This document shows positions 1-9,503 of a DNA stretch of 64,000 bases, piece after piece. Source of the DNA: Malacoraja senta (taxonomy: Eukaryota). The stretch is taken from the NCBI GenBank assembly GCA_038087875.1, contig CM075992.1, positions 3,784,001 to 3,848,000 of the forward strand, given 5' to 3'. How positions within the stretch are numbered: position 1 is the stretch's first letter; the number at the start of each line of letters is the position of its first letter. The notes under the pieces are model-generated. The model saw only the letters and a list, made by a program, of their open reading frames with translations, did not search any database and was not told the DNA's origin. The position numbers and the translations under genes were made by a program.

Positions 1-693
1 GGTAGGTCGGCGTGGCTAAGAAGAGAACAGAGATAGTCAGCAGGGGAGGAAATAGCCAGCGCCCAGTCATGTTGCCGTACAGAGCAGGCACGGAAATCGC
101 TTTCAAAATATGGCGGGGACAGGGGGGACAGAATTTCTTGGCGGCCGCGCGCGCATGCGCACACACACACACACACACATGCGAGGCTTCGGAGGCTCAA
201 TCCAGCGCTAAATGCAGCTCAACTCTGCCTGTCTCACCGGGTTAACTACAGCCCTGCCTGGACTGACGGGACACCAGCGCTGCTTCTCCGCGCTGGCCAT
301 ATTTCCCGCAAGCCCAGGCAGGTTAACCTGGCGGGACAGGCAGAGTTGAGCTGGGTTTAGTGTTGTTTCTCTGCGCTGGCTGTGGGCCTGGGGGCACAGC
401 TCCCGTCTGAATCCCGACCTCTCTGGGGGGGGGGGGGGGGAACTCTGGACAGCGCTGGAGACCCATCCCGGGATCGATCCTGCCTGCGGATGAGGCGCAG
501 GTCTGTGTCACGTCTCCCTCCTCCAATCGCCGCCCTCTATCCTCAGTCCCACCCCCACTGTCTCGCGGCAAGCGGAGATTTCACTGGGTTTTAAATTCCG
601 GATTACAAAAACTGGGGGGGGGGGGGATCGTCCCCCACCTCTCAAAACAGAGGGGGGCGTGTCCCCCCACCCCCCCTGGATTTCCGCCCCCTG
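1..693. mobile_element. Right part of a GC-rich non-autonomous DNA transposon (hAT-like terminus) with an internal ~160-nt inverted repeat
   Basis: Ends ...GGATTTCCGCCCCCTG (reverse complement CAGGGGGCGGAAATCC, a hAT-type end). Arms ~203-272 and ~304-365 are imperfect reverse complements. The left end is outside the window. Confidence 0.45.
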
Positions 694-1124
694 GTGCAGA
701 GTAATCAGAGTTAGACACAGAATGCTGGAGCAACTCAGCGGGACAGACAGCATCTCTGGAGAGAAGGCCCGTTGTGTACTATGTTTACATATTCAGTTGT
801 GCTGCAGCAAGTAAGAATGTCATTGTCCTATCTGGGACACATGACAATAAAACTCTCTTGACTCTTGGGTGACGTTTCTGGTCGAGACCCTTCTTCAGAA
901 CTCTTTCTCTGCAACATTAAACCTCCTTTCATTTTTCACCCGAACAGAGAAGGGGACAGGACTGGAACAGGCTGTGCTGAACGTTATGCCAAGATAATCT
1001 AATCTCCTCTGCTTGGACATGATACATATCCCTCCCCTCCCTGCATATCCATGCACCTATCCAATAGCCTGTAAAACACCACTGTCGCTTCTGCCTTTAC
1101 TACCACTCCTGGCTTAGTGCAGTT

Positions 1125-2035
1125 TAGTGTAGTTTAGTTTGGAGATGCAGCATGGAAAGAGGTCCTTCGGCCCATCGAGTCTACTAGTTCTATCTTATCC
1201 CACTTTTGCAACCCACGCACCAGGGGCAATCTACAGAGGCCAATCAACCGACAAACCCGCTGGTCTTTGAGATGCGGGGCGGAACTGCAGCACCCGGGGA
1301 AAGCCCACGCGGTCACAGGGAGAACGTGCAAACTCCGTACAGGCAGCACCCGAGGTCAGATGCAACACTTGTCCCTTCACCTCCCCCCTCGACTCCATTC
1401 AGGGACCCAAGCAGTCGTTCCAGGTGCGACAGAGGTTCACCTGCATCTCCTCCAACCTCATCTATTGCATCCGCTGCTCTAGATGCCAGCTGATCTACAT
1501 CGGTGAGACCAAGCGGAGGCTTGGCGATCGTTTCGCCGAACACCTCCGGTCGGTCCGCAATAACCAACCTGACCTCCCGGTGGCTCAGCACTTCAACTCC
1601 CCCTCCCATTCCGTATCTGACCTCTCTGTCCTGGGTCTCCTCCATGGCCACAGCGAGCAACACCGTAAATTGGAGGAAATGCACCTCATATTCCGCTTGG
1701 GCAGTCTACATCCTGGGGGCTTGAACATTGAATTCTCCCAATTCTGCTAGCCCTTGCTGTCCCCTCCCCTTCATCAGCCATCTGGTTGTCTCCTCCCCTC
1801 CCCCAGCCCTCGGGCTCCTCCTCCGCCTTTTTCCTTTTTTCCTTTCTTCTCCCCACCCCCTATCAGTCTGAAGAAGGGTTTCGGCCCGAAACGTTGCCTA
1901 TTTCCTTCGCTCCATAGATGCTGCTGCACCCGCTGAGTTTCTCCAGCATTTTTGTGTACCACCCGAGGTCAGGATGGAACCCGGGTCTCTGCCGCTGTAA
2001 GGCAGCAACTCTACCCGCTGCGCCACCATGCCGCC
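1125..2035 (-). mobile_element. tRNA-derived SINE (V-SINE/HE1-like) interrupted by a Penelope-like insertion
   Basis: SINE body 1125-1359 resumes at 1960-2035 with the tRNA-like head. CACCCGAGGTCAG is duplicated at 1347-1359 and 1960-1972. Confidence 0.75.
1360..1959 (+). mobile_element. Penelope-like element 3' fragment (GIY-YIG endonuclease) with a hammerhead motif in its 3' repeat
   Basis: ORF 1424-1750 reads NLIYCIRCSRCQLIYIGETKRRLGDRFAEH...GLNIEF (GIY-YIG). Flanked by a 13-bp TSD. CTGAAGA-A-GGG..CCC-GAAAC-GTT at 1868-1895. Confidence 0.9.
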
Positions 2036-2151
2036 CGGCAGCATGTTCCAGGCACCCACCACCCTCTGTGTAGAAACATGACCCGTACATCTGCTTTAAA
2101 TGACGGACTCCTGACGAGCACTAAACCGTGTACCACACACTGTGTCGAAAG

Positions 2152-2553
2152 CAAAGATCCTATAGTGGAGCAAGATAGACCACTCCCGCTAAATGCAATG
2201 GGCTGACGTGTAGTACGCAACGGAGCGGAACGTTGGGCCTTTTTTTCATCCATTTCCGTAACCCGACCCGACCCGACCCGACCCGCAGTGTAATCAACGT
2301 TGCGGGGGAACAGTTTGTGTTAATAAATTATAATTCTGAAAATGAGGAGAAGATTTTTACCAAAGAACTTTTAATTTTACGAGGATGTTTCCGTAACCGG
2401 CTTCCGTCTCCGCACTATTATCCTTTGGGATCTTTGGTGCGGAGACGGAAGCCAGTTACTGAAATGGGGCCTTAAATTACCCCGTGAATCTGCCCATGAC
2501 CGTACTACGTCTGTTTCGTCGAATGGACCATCTTGCTCGCTGTAGGGTCTTTG
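2152..2553. mobile_element. MITE with ~30-bp imperfect TIRs and an 8-bp TSD (P or hAT superfamily)
   Basis: Left end CAAAGATCCTATAG..., right end ...CTGTAGGGTCTTTG. Flanks are GTCGAAAG (2144-2151) and GTCGAAAA (2554-2561). Confidence 0.75.
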
Positions 2554-2631
2554 GTCGAAAACATGTGCCTTATTAAAACGCAGCTGAAGTTAAAATGAAT
2601 CGTCACCAAAGCAGAGAGAAAGCTCACTCAC

Positions 2632-2704
2632 CGTAGCCAGGCCAGAGCAGTGGGCACAGAAGCCAGAGGGAGAGAAAGCCTTGTGGAACACCACCACTGT
2701 CCAT
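2632..2704 (-). CDS. Putative first coding exon (signal peptide) of an unidentified secreted or membrane protein gene running off the left edge
   Basis: Strong Kozak GCGAGGATGG. Encodes MDSGGVPQGFLSLWLLCPLLWPGY plus 1 nt, followed by a canonical phase-1 donor G|GTGAGT. CCAAT box upstream at 2848-2852. Non-repetitive sequence. Confidence 0.6.
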
Positions 2705-3039
2705 CCTCGCAGCTGACGACAGGAGCAGAAACCTTTGCACTGCTTACTATTCAGTTAGAGAGTTTGTGCAACATTGCCTGAACTTTACGTCAACTGGCAA
2801 ACAACTCACTACCTCAATACATTTCACTGCACTACCTTGTCATCCTGATTGGTCAACTCAATCTTATGTATTTACATTTCTTTGATAACGTTTTTTTTTT
2901 TATGGGATATTGATTATTGAGCGGTTCAGGCAGGGTTCATGTTTTAGTCGAAGGTAGACACAAAACGCTGGAGTAACTCAGCGGGACAGGCAGCATCTCC
3001 GGAGAGGAGGAATGGGTGACGTTTCGGGTCAAGACCCTT

Positions 3040-3440
3040 CAGAGTTTAGAAGGATGAAGGGTGACCTCATTGAAACTTTCCCAAAAATGAAAGGCCTGGA
3101 TAGAGCGGATGTGGAGAGGATGTTTCCACTAGTGGGAGAGTCTAGGACCAGAGGGCACAGCCTCAGAATAAAAGGACGTTCCTTTAGGACGGGGATGAGG
3201 AGGAATTTCTTTAGTCAGAGGGTGGTGAATCTATGGAATTATTTGCCACAGACGTCTGTGGAGGCCAAATCTATGGGTATTTTTAAGGCGGAGATGGACA
3301 GATTCTTGATTAGTACGGGTGTCAGAGGTTATGGGGAGAAGACAGGAGAATGGGGTTGAGAGGGAGAGATAGGTCAGCCATGATTGAATGGCGGAGTAGA
3401 GTTGATGGGTCGAATGGCCTAATTCTACTCTGAGTATTTA
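3040..3440 (+). mobile_element. CR1-type LINE 3' fragment
   Basis: Reads RRMKGDLIETF...TRGHSLRI...RNFFSQRVVNLWN, the CR1 ORF2 C-terminus. Confidence 0.8.
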
Positions 3441-3706
3441 TGAACTAACAGGCATTTTATCTCTGCATCTAATCCTAAAATGACTCTTTCTTCATTAAAC
3501 CTCTTGAATCACACCTGTATTAATATCTCTGCCTGTGGCTGGGTGTCAAATTATTTTATTTAACTCATTCCTTGGTGTTTTTGGCCCCAGTCCAGGTGCT
3601 ATATGAATGAACATGCTGTGGCTGTAATCACACCTGCAGCCACAAGGTGGTGGTGCAGTGACAATTCTCTCAGTTCCACAAACTTCACCAAACTTTCCCA
3701 GAACTT

Positions 3707-3983
3707 GGGCCCAGCGGTGGAGTTGCTGCCTCACAGCGCCGGGTTCGATCCCGACTACGGGTGCTGTCTGTACGGAGTTTGTACCTTCTCCCCGTGACCC
3801 GCGTGGGTTTTCTCCGAGATCTTCGGTTTCCTCCCACACTCCAAAGTCATACAGGTCTATAGGTTAATTGGCTTGTTGTGATTTGTAAATTGTCCCTAGT
3901 GGGTGCAGGGTGGCGATAGTGTGTGGGGGTCGCTGGTCGGTGTGGACTTGAGCCTGTTTCCCTGCTGTATCTCTAAACTAAAC
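3707..3983 (+). mobile_element. tRNA-derived SINE (V-SINE/HE1-like)
   Basis: B-box GGTTCGATCCC, central GGTTTCCTCCCAC domain and (CTAAA)n tail. Same family as many other copies in the window. Confidence 0.8.
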
Positions 3984-4017
3984 CTTTCAATCATTGCTTG
4001 GCTTGGAATCTGCCACT

Positions 4018-7000
4018 TAGAAACATAGAAAATAGGTGCAGGAGTAGGCCATTCGGCCCTTCGAGCCTGCACCGCCATTCAATATGATCATGGCTGATCA
4101 CCCAACTCAGTATCCTGTACCTGCCTTCTCTCCATACCCCCTGATACCTTTAGCCACAAGGGCCACATCTAACTCCCTCTTAAATATAGCCAATGAACTG
4201 GCCTCAACTACCTTCTGTGGCAGAGAGTTCCACAGATTCACCACTCTCTGTGTGAAAAAAGTTTTTCTCATCTCGGTCTTAAAGGATTTCCCCTCTATCC
4301 TTAAGCTGTGACCCCTTGTCCTGGACTTCCCCAACATCGGGAACAATCTTCCTGCATCTAACCTGTCCAACCCCTTAAGAATTTTGTAAGTTTCTATAAG
4401 ATCCCCCCTCAATCTTCTAAATTCTAGCGAGTACAAGCCGAGTCTATCCAGTCTTTCCTCATATGAAAGTCCTGCCATCCCAGGAATCAGTCTGGTGAAC
4501 CTTCTCTGTACTCCCTCTATGGCAATAATGTCCTTCCTCAGATTTGGAGACCAAAACTGTACGCAATACTCCAGGTGTGGTCTCACCAAGACCCTGTACA
4601 ACTGCAGTAGAACCTCCCTGCTCCTATACTCAAATCCTTTTGCTATGAATGCTAACATACCATTCGCTTTCTTCACTGCCTGCTGCACCTGCATGCCTAC
4701 TTTCAATGACTGGTGTACCATGACACCCAGGTCTCGTTGCATCTCCCCTTTTCCTAATCGGCCACCATTTAGATAATAGTCTGCTTTCCTGTTTTTGCCA
4801 CCAAAGTGGATAACCTCACATTTATCCACATTATACTGCATCTGCCATGCATTTGCCCACTCACCCAGCCTATCCAAGTCACCTTGCAGCCTCCTAGCAT
4901 CCTCCTCACAGCTAACACTGCCCCCCAGCTTAGTGTCATCCGCAAACTTGGAGATGTTGCATTAAATTCCCTCGTCCAGATCATTAATATATATTGTAAA
5001 TAGCTGGGGTCCCAGCACTGAGCCTTGCGGTACCCCACTAGTCACTGCCTGCCATTCTGAAAAGGACCCGTTTACTCCTACTCTTTGCTTCCTGTTTGCC
5101 AGCCAGTTCTCTATCCACATCAATACTGAACCCCCAATACCGTGTGCTTTAAGTTTGTATACTAATCTCTTATGTGGGACCTTGTCAAAGCCTTCTGAAA
5201 GTCCAGATATAACACATTGACTGGTTCTCCCCTATCCACTCTACTAGTTACATCCTCGAAAATTTTTATAAGCTTCGTCAGACATGATTTACCTTTCGTA
5301 AATCCATGCTGACTTTGTCCAATGATTTCACCACTTTTCAAATGTGCTGCTATCCCATCTTTAATAACTGACTCTAGCAGTTTCCCCACAACCGATGTTA
5401 GACTAACTGGTCTGTAATTCCCCGTTTTCTCTCTCCCTCCCTTTTTAAAAAGTGGGGTTACATTAGCTACCCTCCAATCCTCAGGAACGACTCCAGAATC
5501 TAATGAGTTTTGAAAAATTATCACTAATGCATCCACTATTTCTGGAGCTACTTCCTTAAGTACTCTGGGATGCAGCCTATCTGGCCCTGGGGATTTATCG
5601 GCCTTTAATCCATTCAATTTACCTAACACCACTTCCCGGCTCACCTGGATTTCACTCAGTTCCTCGATCTCCTTTGACCCGTGGTACCCTGCTATTTCTG
5701 GCAGATTATTTATGTCTTCCTTAGTGAAGACGGAACCAAAGTACTTATTCAATTGTTCCGCCATGTCCTTGTTCCCCATGATCAATTCACCTGTTTCTGA
5801 CTGCAAGGGACCTACATTTGTTTTAACTAATCTTTTTCTCTTCACATATCTATAAAAACTTTTGCAGTCAGTTTTAATGTTCTATGCCAGTTCTATTTTC
5901 CCTTTCCTAATTAAGGCCTTTGTCCTCCTCTGCTGGTCTCTGAAATTCTCCCAGTCCTCTGGTCGGCTGCTTTTTCTGGCTAATTTGTACACTTCATCTT
6001 TTGCTTTGATACTATCCCTGATTTCCCTTGTTATCCATGGATGCACTACCTTCCCTGATTTATTCTTTTGCCAAACTGGGATGAACAATTTTTGTAGTTC
6101 ATCCATGCAGTCTTTAAATGCCTTCCATTGCATATCCACCGTCAACCCTTTAAGAATTAATCGCCAGTCAATCTTGGCCAATTCATGTCTCATACCCTCA
6201 AAGTTACCTTTAAGTTCAGAACTATTGTTTCTGAATTAACAATGTCACTCTCCATCCTATTGAAGAACTCAACCATATTATGGTCACTCTTGCCCAAGGG
6301 GGCATGCACAACAAGACTGTTAACTAACCCTTCCTCATTACTCAATATCCAGTCTAGAATAGCCTGCTCTCTCATTGGTTCCTCTACATGTTGGTTTAGA
6401 AAACTATCCCGCATACATTCCAAGAAATCTTCTTCCTCAGCACCCCTGCCAATTTGATTCACCCAATCTATATGTAGATTGAAGTCACCCATTATAACTG
6501 TTTTGCCTTTGTTGCACGCATTTCTAATTTCCTGTTTGATGCCATCCCCAACTTCACTACTACTGTTAGGTGGCCTGTACACAACACCCACTAGCGTTTT
6601 CTGCCCCTTAGTGTTTCACAGCTCTACCCATACCGATTCCACATCCTCCAAGCTAATGTCCTTCCTTTCCATTGCGTTAATCTCCTCTCTAACCAGCAAC
6701 GCTACCCCACCTCCTTTTCCTTTCTGTCTATCCCTCCTGAATATTGAATATCCCTGGATGTTCAGCTTCCAGCCTTGGTCACCCTGGAGCCATGTCTCCG
6801 TGATCCCGACTATATCATAATCATTAATAGCTATCTGCACATTCAACTCATCCACCTTATTACGAATGCTCCTTGCATTGAGACACAAAGCCTTCAGGCT
6901 TGTTTTTACAACGCTCTTACCCCTTATACAATTTTGTTGAAAAGTGGCCCTTTTTGATTTTTGCCCTGGATTTGTCTGCCTGCCACTTTTACTTTTCACC

Positions 7001-7590
7001 TTGCTACCTATTGCTTTTACCCCCCATTTTACACCCCTCTGTCTCTCTGCTCACACATTTAAGAACCCCACCACCTCTTATTCTCTGTTTATTATTGTTT
7101 TCTTCTTTCCCCCCTACATGTTGGGTCTGAGTGCTTCTCTGCCTCCTGCCTCACACACTGTCTACTAGCTTTCTCTATTTGAGTCCCTCCCCCCAACCGT
7201 TCTAGATTAAAGTCTCCGCAGTAGCCTTTGTAAATCTCCCCGCCAGGATATTGGTCCCCCTCGGGTTCAAGTGCACCCCATCCTTTCTGTACAGGTCGCA
7301 CCTTCCACAAAAGAGGTCCCAATGATCCAGAAATTTGAATCCCTGCCTTCTGCACCAGTCCCTCAGCCACGCATTTATCCTCCACCTCGCTCCATTCCTA
7401 CTCTCACTGTCGCGTGGCACAGGCAGTAATCCCGAGATTGTTACCTTTGCGGTCCTTCTTTTCAACTCTCCTCCTAACTCCCTAAATTCTCCTTTCAGGA
7501 CCTCTTCTCTTTTTCTACCTATGTCATTGGTACCTATATGTACCACGACCTCGGGCTCCTCTCCCTCCCATTTCAGGATATCTTGGACAC
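4018..7590 (-). mobile_element. Long, degenerate CR1-clade LINE: ORF1 esterase plus frameshifted ORF2 (APE endonuclease and RT)
   Basis: 7202-7546 SGNH esterase (VHIGTNDIG...DGVHLN). 6190-6999 APE (LNARSI, GITETW, VYRPP, GDFN, SDH). 4107-5845 RT (NYRPVSLTS, QHGF, YLDFQKA, C-terminal TRGH/RVVNLWN). (TTTCTATG)-type tail at the left end. Confidence 0.93.
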
Positions 7591-7626
7591 TTACAGCAGT
7601 CCATTTATATCAAGGGATCTGGCTTT

Positions 7627-8145
7627 CATAGAAACATAGAAAATAGGTGCAGGAGGAGGCCATTCAGCCCTTCGAGCCAGCACCGCCATTCATTGTGATC
7701 ATGGCTGATCGTCCCCGTGCCTGCCTTCTCCCCATATCCCTTGACTCCACTAGCCCCTAGAGCTCTATCTAACTCTCTCTTAAATCCACCCAGTGACTTG
7801 GCCTCCACTGCCCTCTGCGGCAGGGAATTCCACAATTTCACAACTCTCTGGGTGAAAACGTTTTTTCTCACCTCAGTCTTAAATGGCCTCCCCTTTATTC
7901 TAAGACTGTGGCCCCTGGTTCTGGACTCGCCCAACATTGGGAACATTTTTCCTGCATCTAGCTTGTCCAGTCCTTTTATAATTTTATATGTTTCTATAAG
8001 ATCCCCCCCTCATCCTTCTAAACTCCAGTGAATACAAGCCTAGTCTTTCCAATCTTTCCTCATATGACAGTCTTGCCATCCCAGGGAACAATCTCGTGAA
8101 CCTACGCTGCACTGCCTCAATCACAAGGATGTCCTTCCTCAAATT
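7627..8145 (-). mobile_element. CR1-type LINE 3' fragment
   Basis: ORF 7626-7946 TRGHSLRIKG...QRVVKLWNSLP. Same tail as the long copy. Confidence 0.85.
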
Positions 8146-8275
8146 ACACCACAATGGGGCTTTCTAGCATGTTACAAACCTCTACACAGATGGATTTACT
8201 CAGGATTGTTACAGAGTTTGGTAATGGAGGATATGGTGACTCCTTGCAATGGACCAAAGTATTCTGGCTGATTCT

Positions 8276-8485
8276 GATTCAGGTAGTCCTTACTGTCGCA
8301 TCCCCTTCTCATCTCTCCCTCTAGCCCTCTGGCTCCTCCTCTTCCTTTCTTCTTCCCACCCCCCCCCCACCCACCCCCCACCCTCACATCAGTCTGAAGA
8401 AGGGTTTCGACCCGAAACATTTCCTATTCCTTCGCTCCATAGATGCTGCCTCACCCGCTGAGTTCCTCCAGCATTTTTGTCTACC
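8276..8485 (+). mobile_element. Short Penelope-like 3' end insertion with a degenerate hammerhead motif
   Basis: TSD CTGGCTGATTCT at 8264-8275 and 8486-8497. Contains CTGAAGAAGGGTTTCGACCCGAAAC. Confidence 0.75.
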
Positions 8486-8530
8486 CTGGCTGATTCTTAA
8501 AGTCCCTTTAATGCTGTGCCAGATCTGGCG

Positions 8531-8694
8531 TTCTTCTTCTTCCTCGTGTCCGGCCATCTTCCATATCACGTCTTTCCGGTCGGTCAGTGACGGTCGGTGG
8601 TTGTAGAATTGGCTACTTCAGTCAGTCACTGCGGTACAGTTCCTGTCGTCAGCATTGCCCGGGATGCGCCACGTGGAGGCTTCTGCCTGCATCC
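8531..8694 (-). mobile_element. 164-bp non-coding retroelement (family B): HDV-like ribozyme head plus (AAG)n tail
   Basis: TSD AGATCTGGCG at 8521-8530 and 8695-8704. Minus-strand 3' end is GGACACGAGGAAGAAGAAGAA. The 5' 92 nt fold as an HDV-like nested double pseudoknot. Confidence 0.75.
8603..8694 (-). ncRNA. Putative HDV-like self-cleaving ribozyme (family B)
   Basis: P1 GGATGC/GCATCC(C). J1/2 AG. P2 GCAGAA/TTCTAC (one mismatch). P3 GCC/GGC. L3 TCCACGT. P1.1 CC/GG. Long P4 region containing an ACTG..CAGT hairpin. J4/2 GCCAA with putative catalytic C at 8612. Confidence 0.65.
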
Positions 8695-8716
8695 AGATCT
8701 GGCGTTAAATCAAAGG

Positions 8717-9000
8717 GCCTCACAGTAGCCCAGCTGGTAGAGCTGCTGCCTCTCTGCGCCGGAGACCCGGGTGCTGTCTTTGTGGAGTTTGCACATTCTC
8801 CCTGTGAGTTTTCTCCAGGTGTTCCGGTTTGCTCCCACATGCCAAAGACGTGCGGGTTTGTAGGTTAACTGGCCCCTGTAAAATTGCCCCTGGAGTGGAT
8901 GCTAAAGTGGGGGAACATAGAACTAGTGTGAACAAGGTGTGAACGTTGGTCGGCATGGACACTGTGGGCCGAAGGGCCTGTTTCCATGCTGTATCTTTCA
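8717..9000 (+). mobile_element. tRNA-derived SINE (V-SINE/HE1-like), diverged
   Basis: GGTAGAGCTGCTGCCTC head, then central domain and GGCCGAAGGGCCTGTTTCC tail. Confidence 0.7.
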
Positions 9001-9126
9001 ATCCATAAATAATCAAAGCTCGCATCCCTTGTATGTAGATGCAATCTCATAGTACAGTACAGCAGGACAGTATTGAATGAGCCCTTCGGCCCACGATGTT
9101 TGTACTGAGCACTATGCCATGTTAAA

Positions 9127-9266
9127 CTTCTTCTTCTTGCCTATGGCGTGCACAGTATAAGTTGTAGGACAACTTGTTCTATTTAATCTTATGTGATTGT
9201 GCACGCCACGTTGATTGCATTTGTCGAAATAGGGTGGACCACGTGAAGGTTGCAATCTCCCATCCC
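9127..9266 (-). mobile_element. 140-bp non-coding retroelement (family A), full-length copy: HDV-like ribozyme, nested hairpins, (AAG)n tail
   Basis: Homologous to 20802-20935 and 45682-45808. Minus-strand 3' end is GCCATAGGCAAGAAGAAGAAG. Stems GGCGTGCACA/TGTGCACGCC and AAGTTGT/ACAACTT. Confidence 0.8.
9213..9266 (-). ncRNA. Putative minimal HDV-like ribozyme (family A)
   Basis: P1 GGGATGG/CCACCCT with G-U at position 1 (the 20802 copy has GGGGTGG). P2 GATTGCA/TGCAATC. P3 ACC/GGT. L3 TTCACGT. Tiny P4 T-TTCG-A. J4/2 CAAA (CGAA in the 20802 copy). Putative catalytic C at 9223. Confidence 0.7.
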
Positions 9267-9470
9267 AAAATGCTGGAGTAACAGGCAACAGCTCTGGAGA
9301 GAAGGAATGGGTGACGTTTCGGGTCAAGACCCTTCAGAGTCTGAAGAAGGGTCTCGACCCGAAACGTCATCCATTCCTTCTACCAGAGATGCTGCCTGTC
9401 CCGCTGAGTTCCTCCAGCATTTTGAGTCTATCTTCGATTTAAACCAGCATCTGCAGTTCTTTCCTACACA
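9267..9470. mobile_element. Head-to-head (fold-back) pair of Penelope-derived terminal repeats with an intact hammerhead core at 9341-9368 (+)
   Basis: GGAATGGGTGACGTTTCGGGTC... is followed by its inverted copy CTGAAGAAGGGTCTCGACCCGAAACGTC...CATTCC. Confidence 0.75.
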
Positions 9471-9503
9471 TTAAACCGATCACATCTGCCTGCACATGAT
9501 CTA

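Noticed and set aside
2111..2151. CTGACGAG...CGAAA hammerhead-like spacing
   Set aside because: Stem II does not pair in register and there is no stem III/NUH. The GAAA is part of the MITE target-site duplication.
8384..8569. Minus-strand ORF MAGHEEEEERQ... with a good Kozak/YY1-like AAGATGGCC
   Set aside because: The Glu run is the (AAG)n tail of the TSD-bounded family B element, and the ORF continues into a Penelope repeat.
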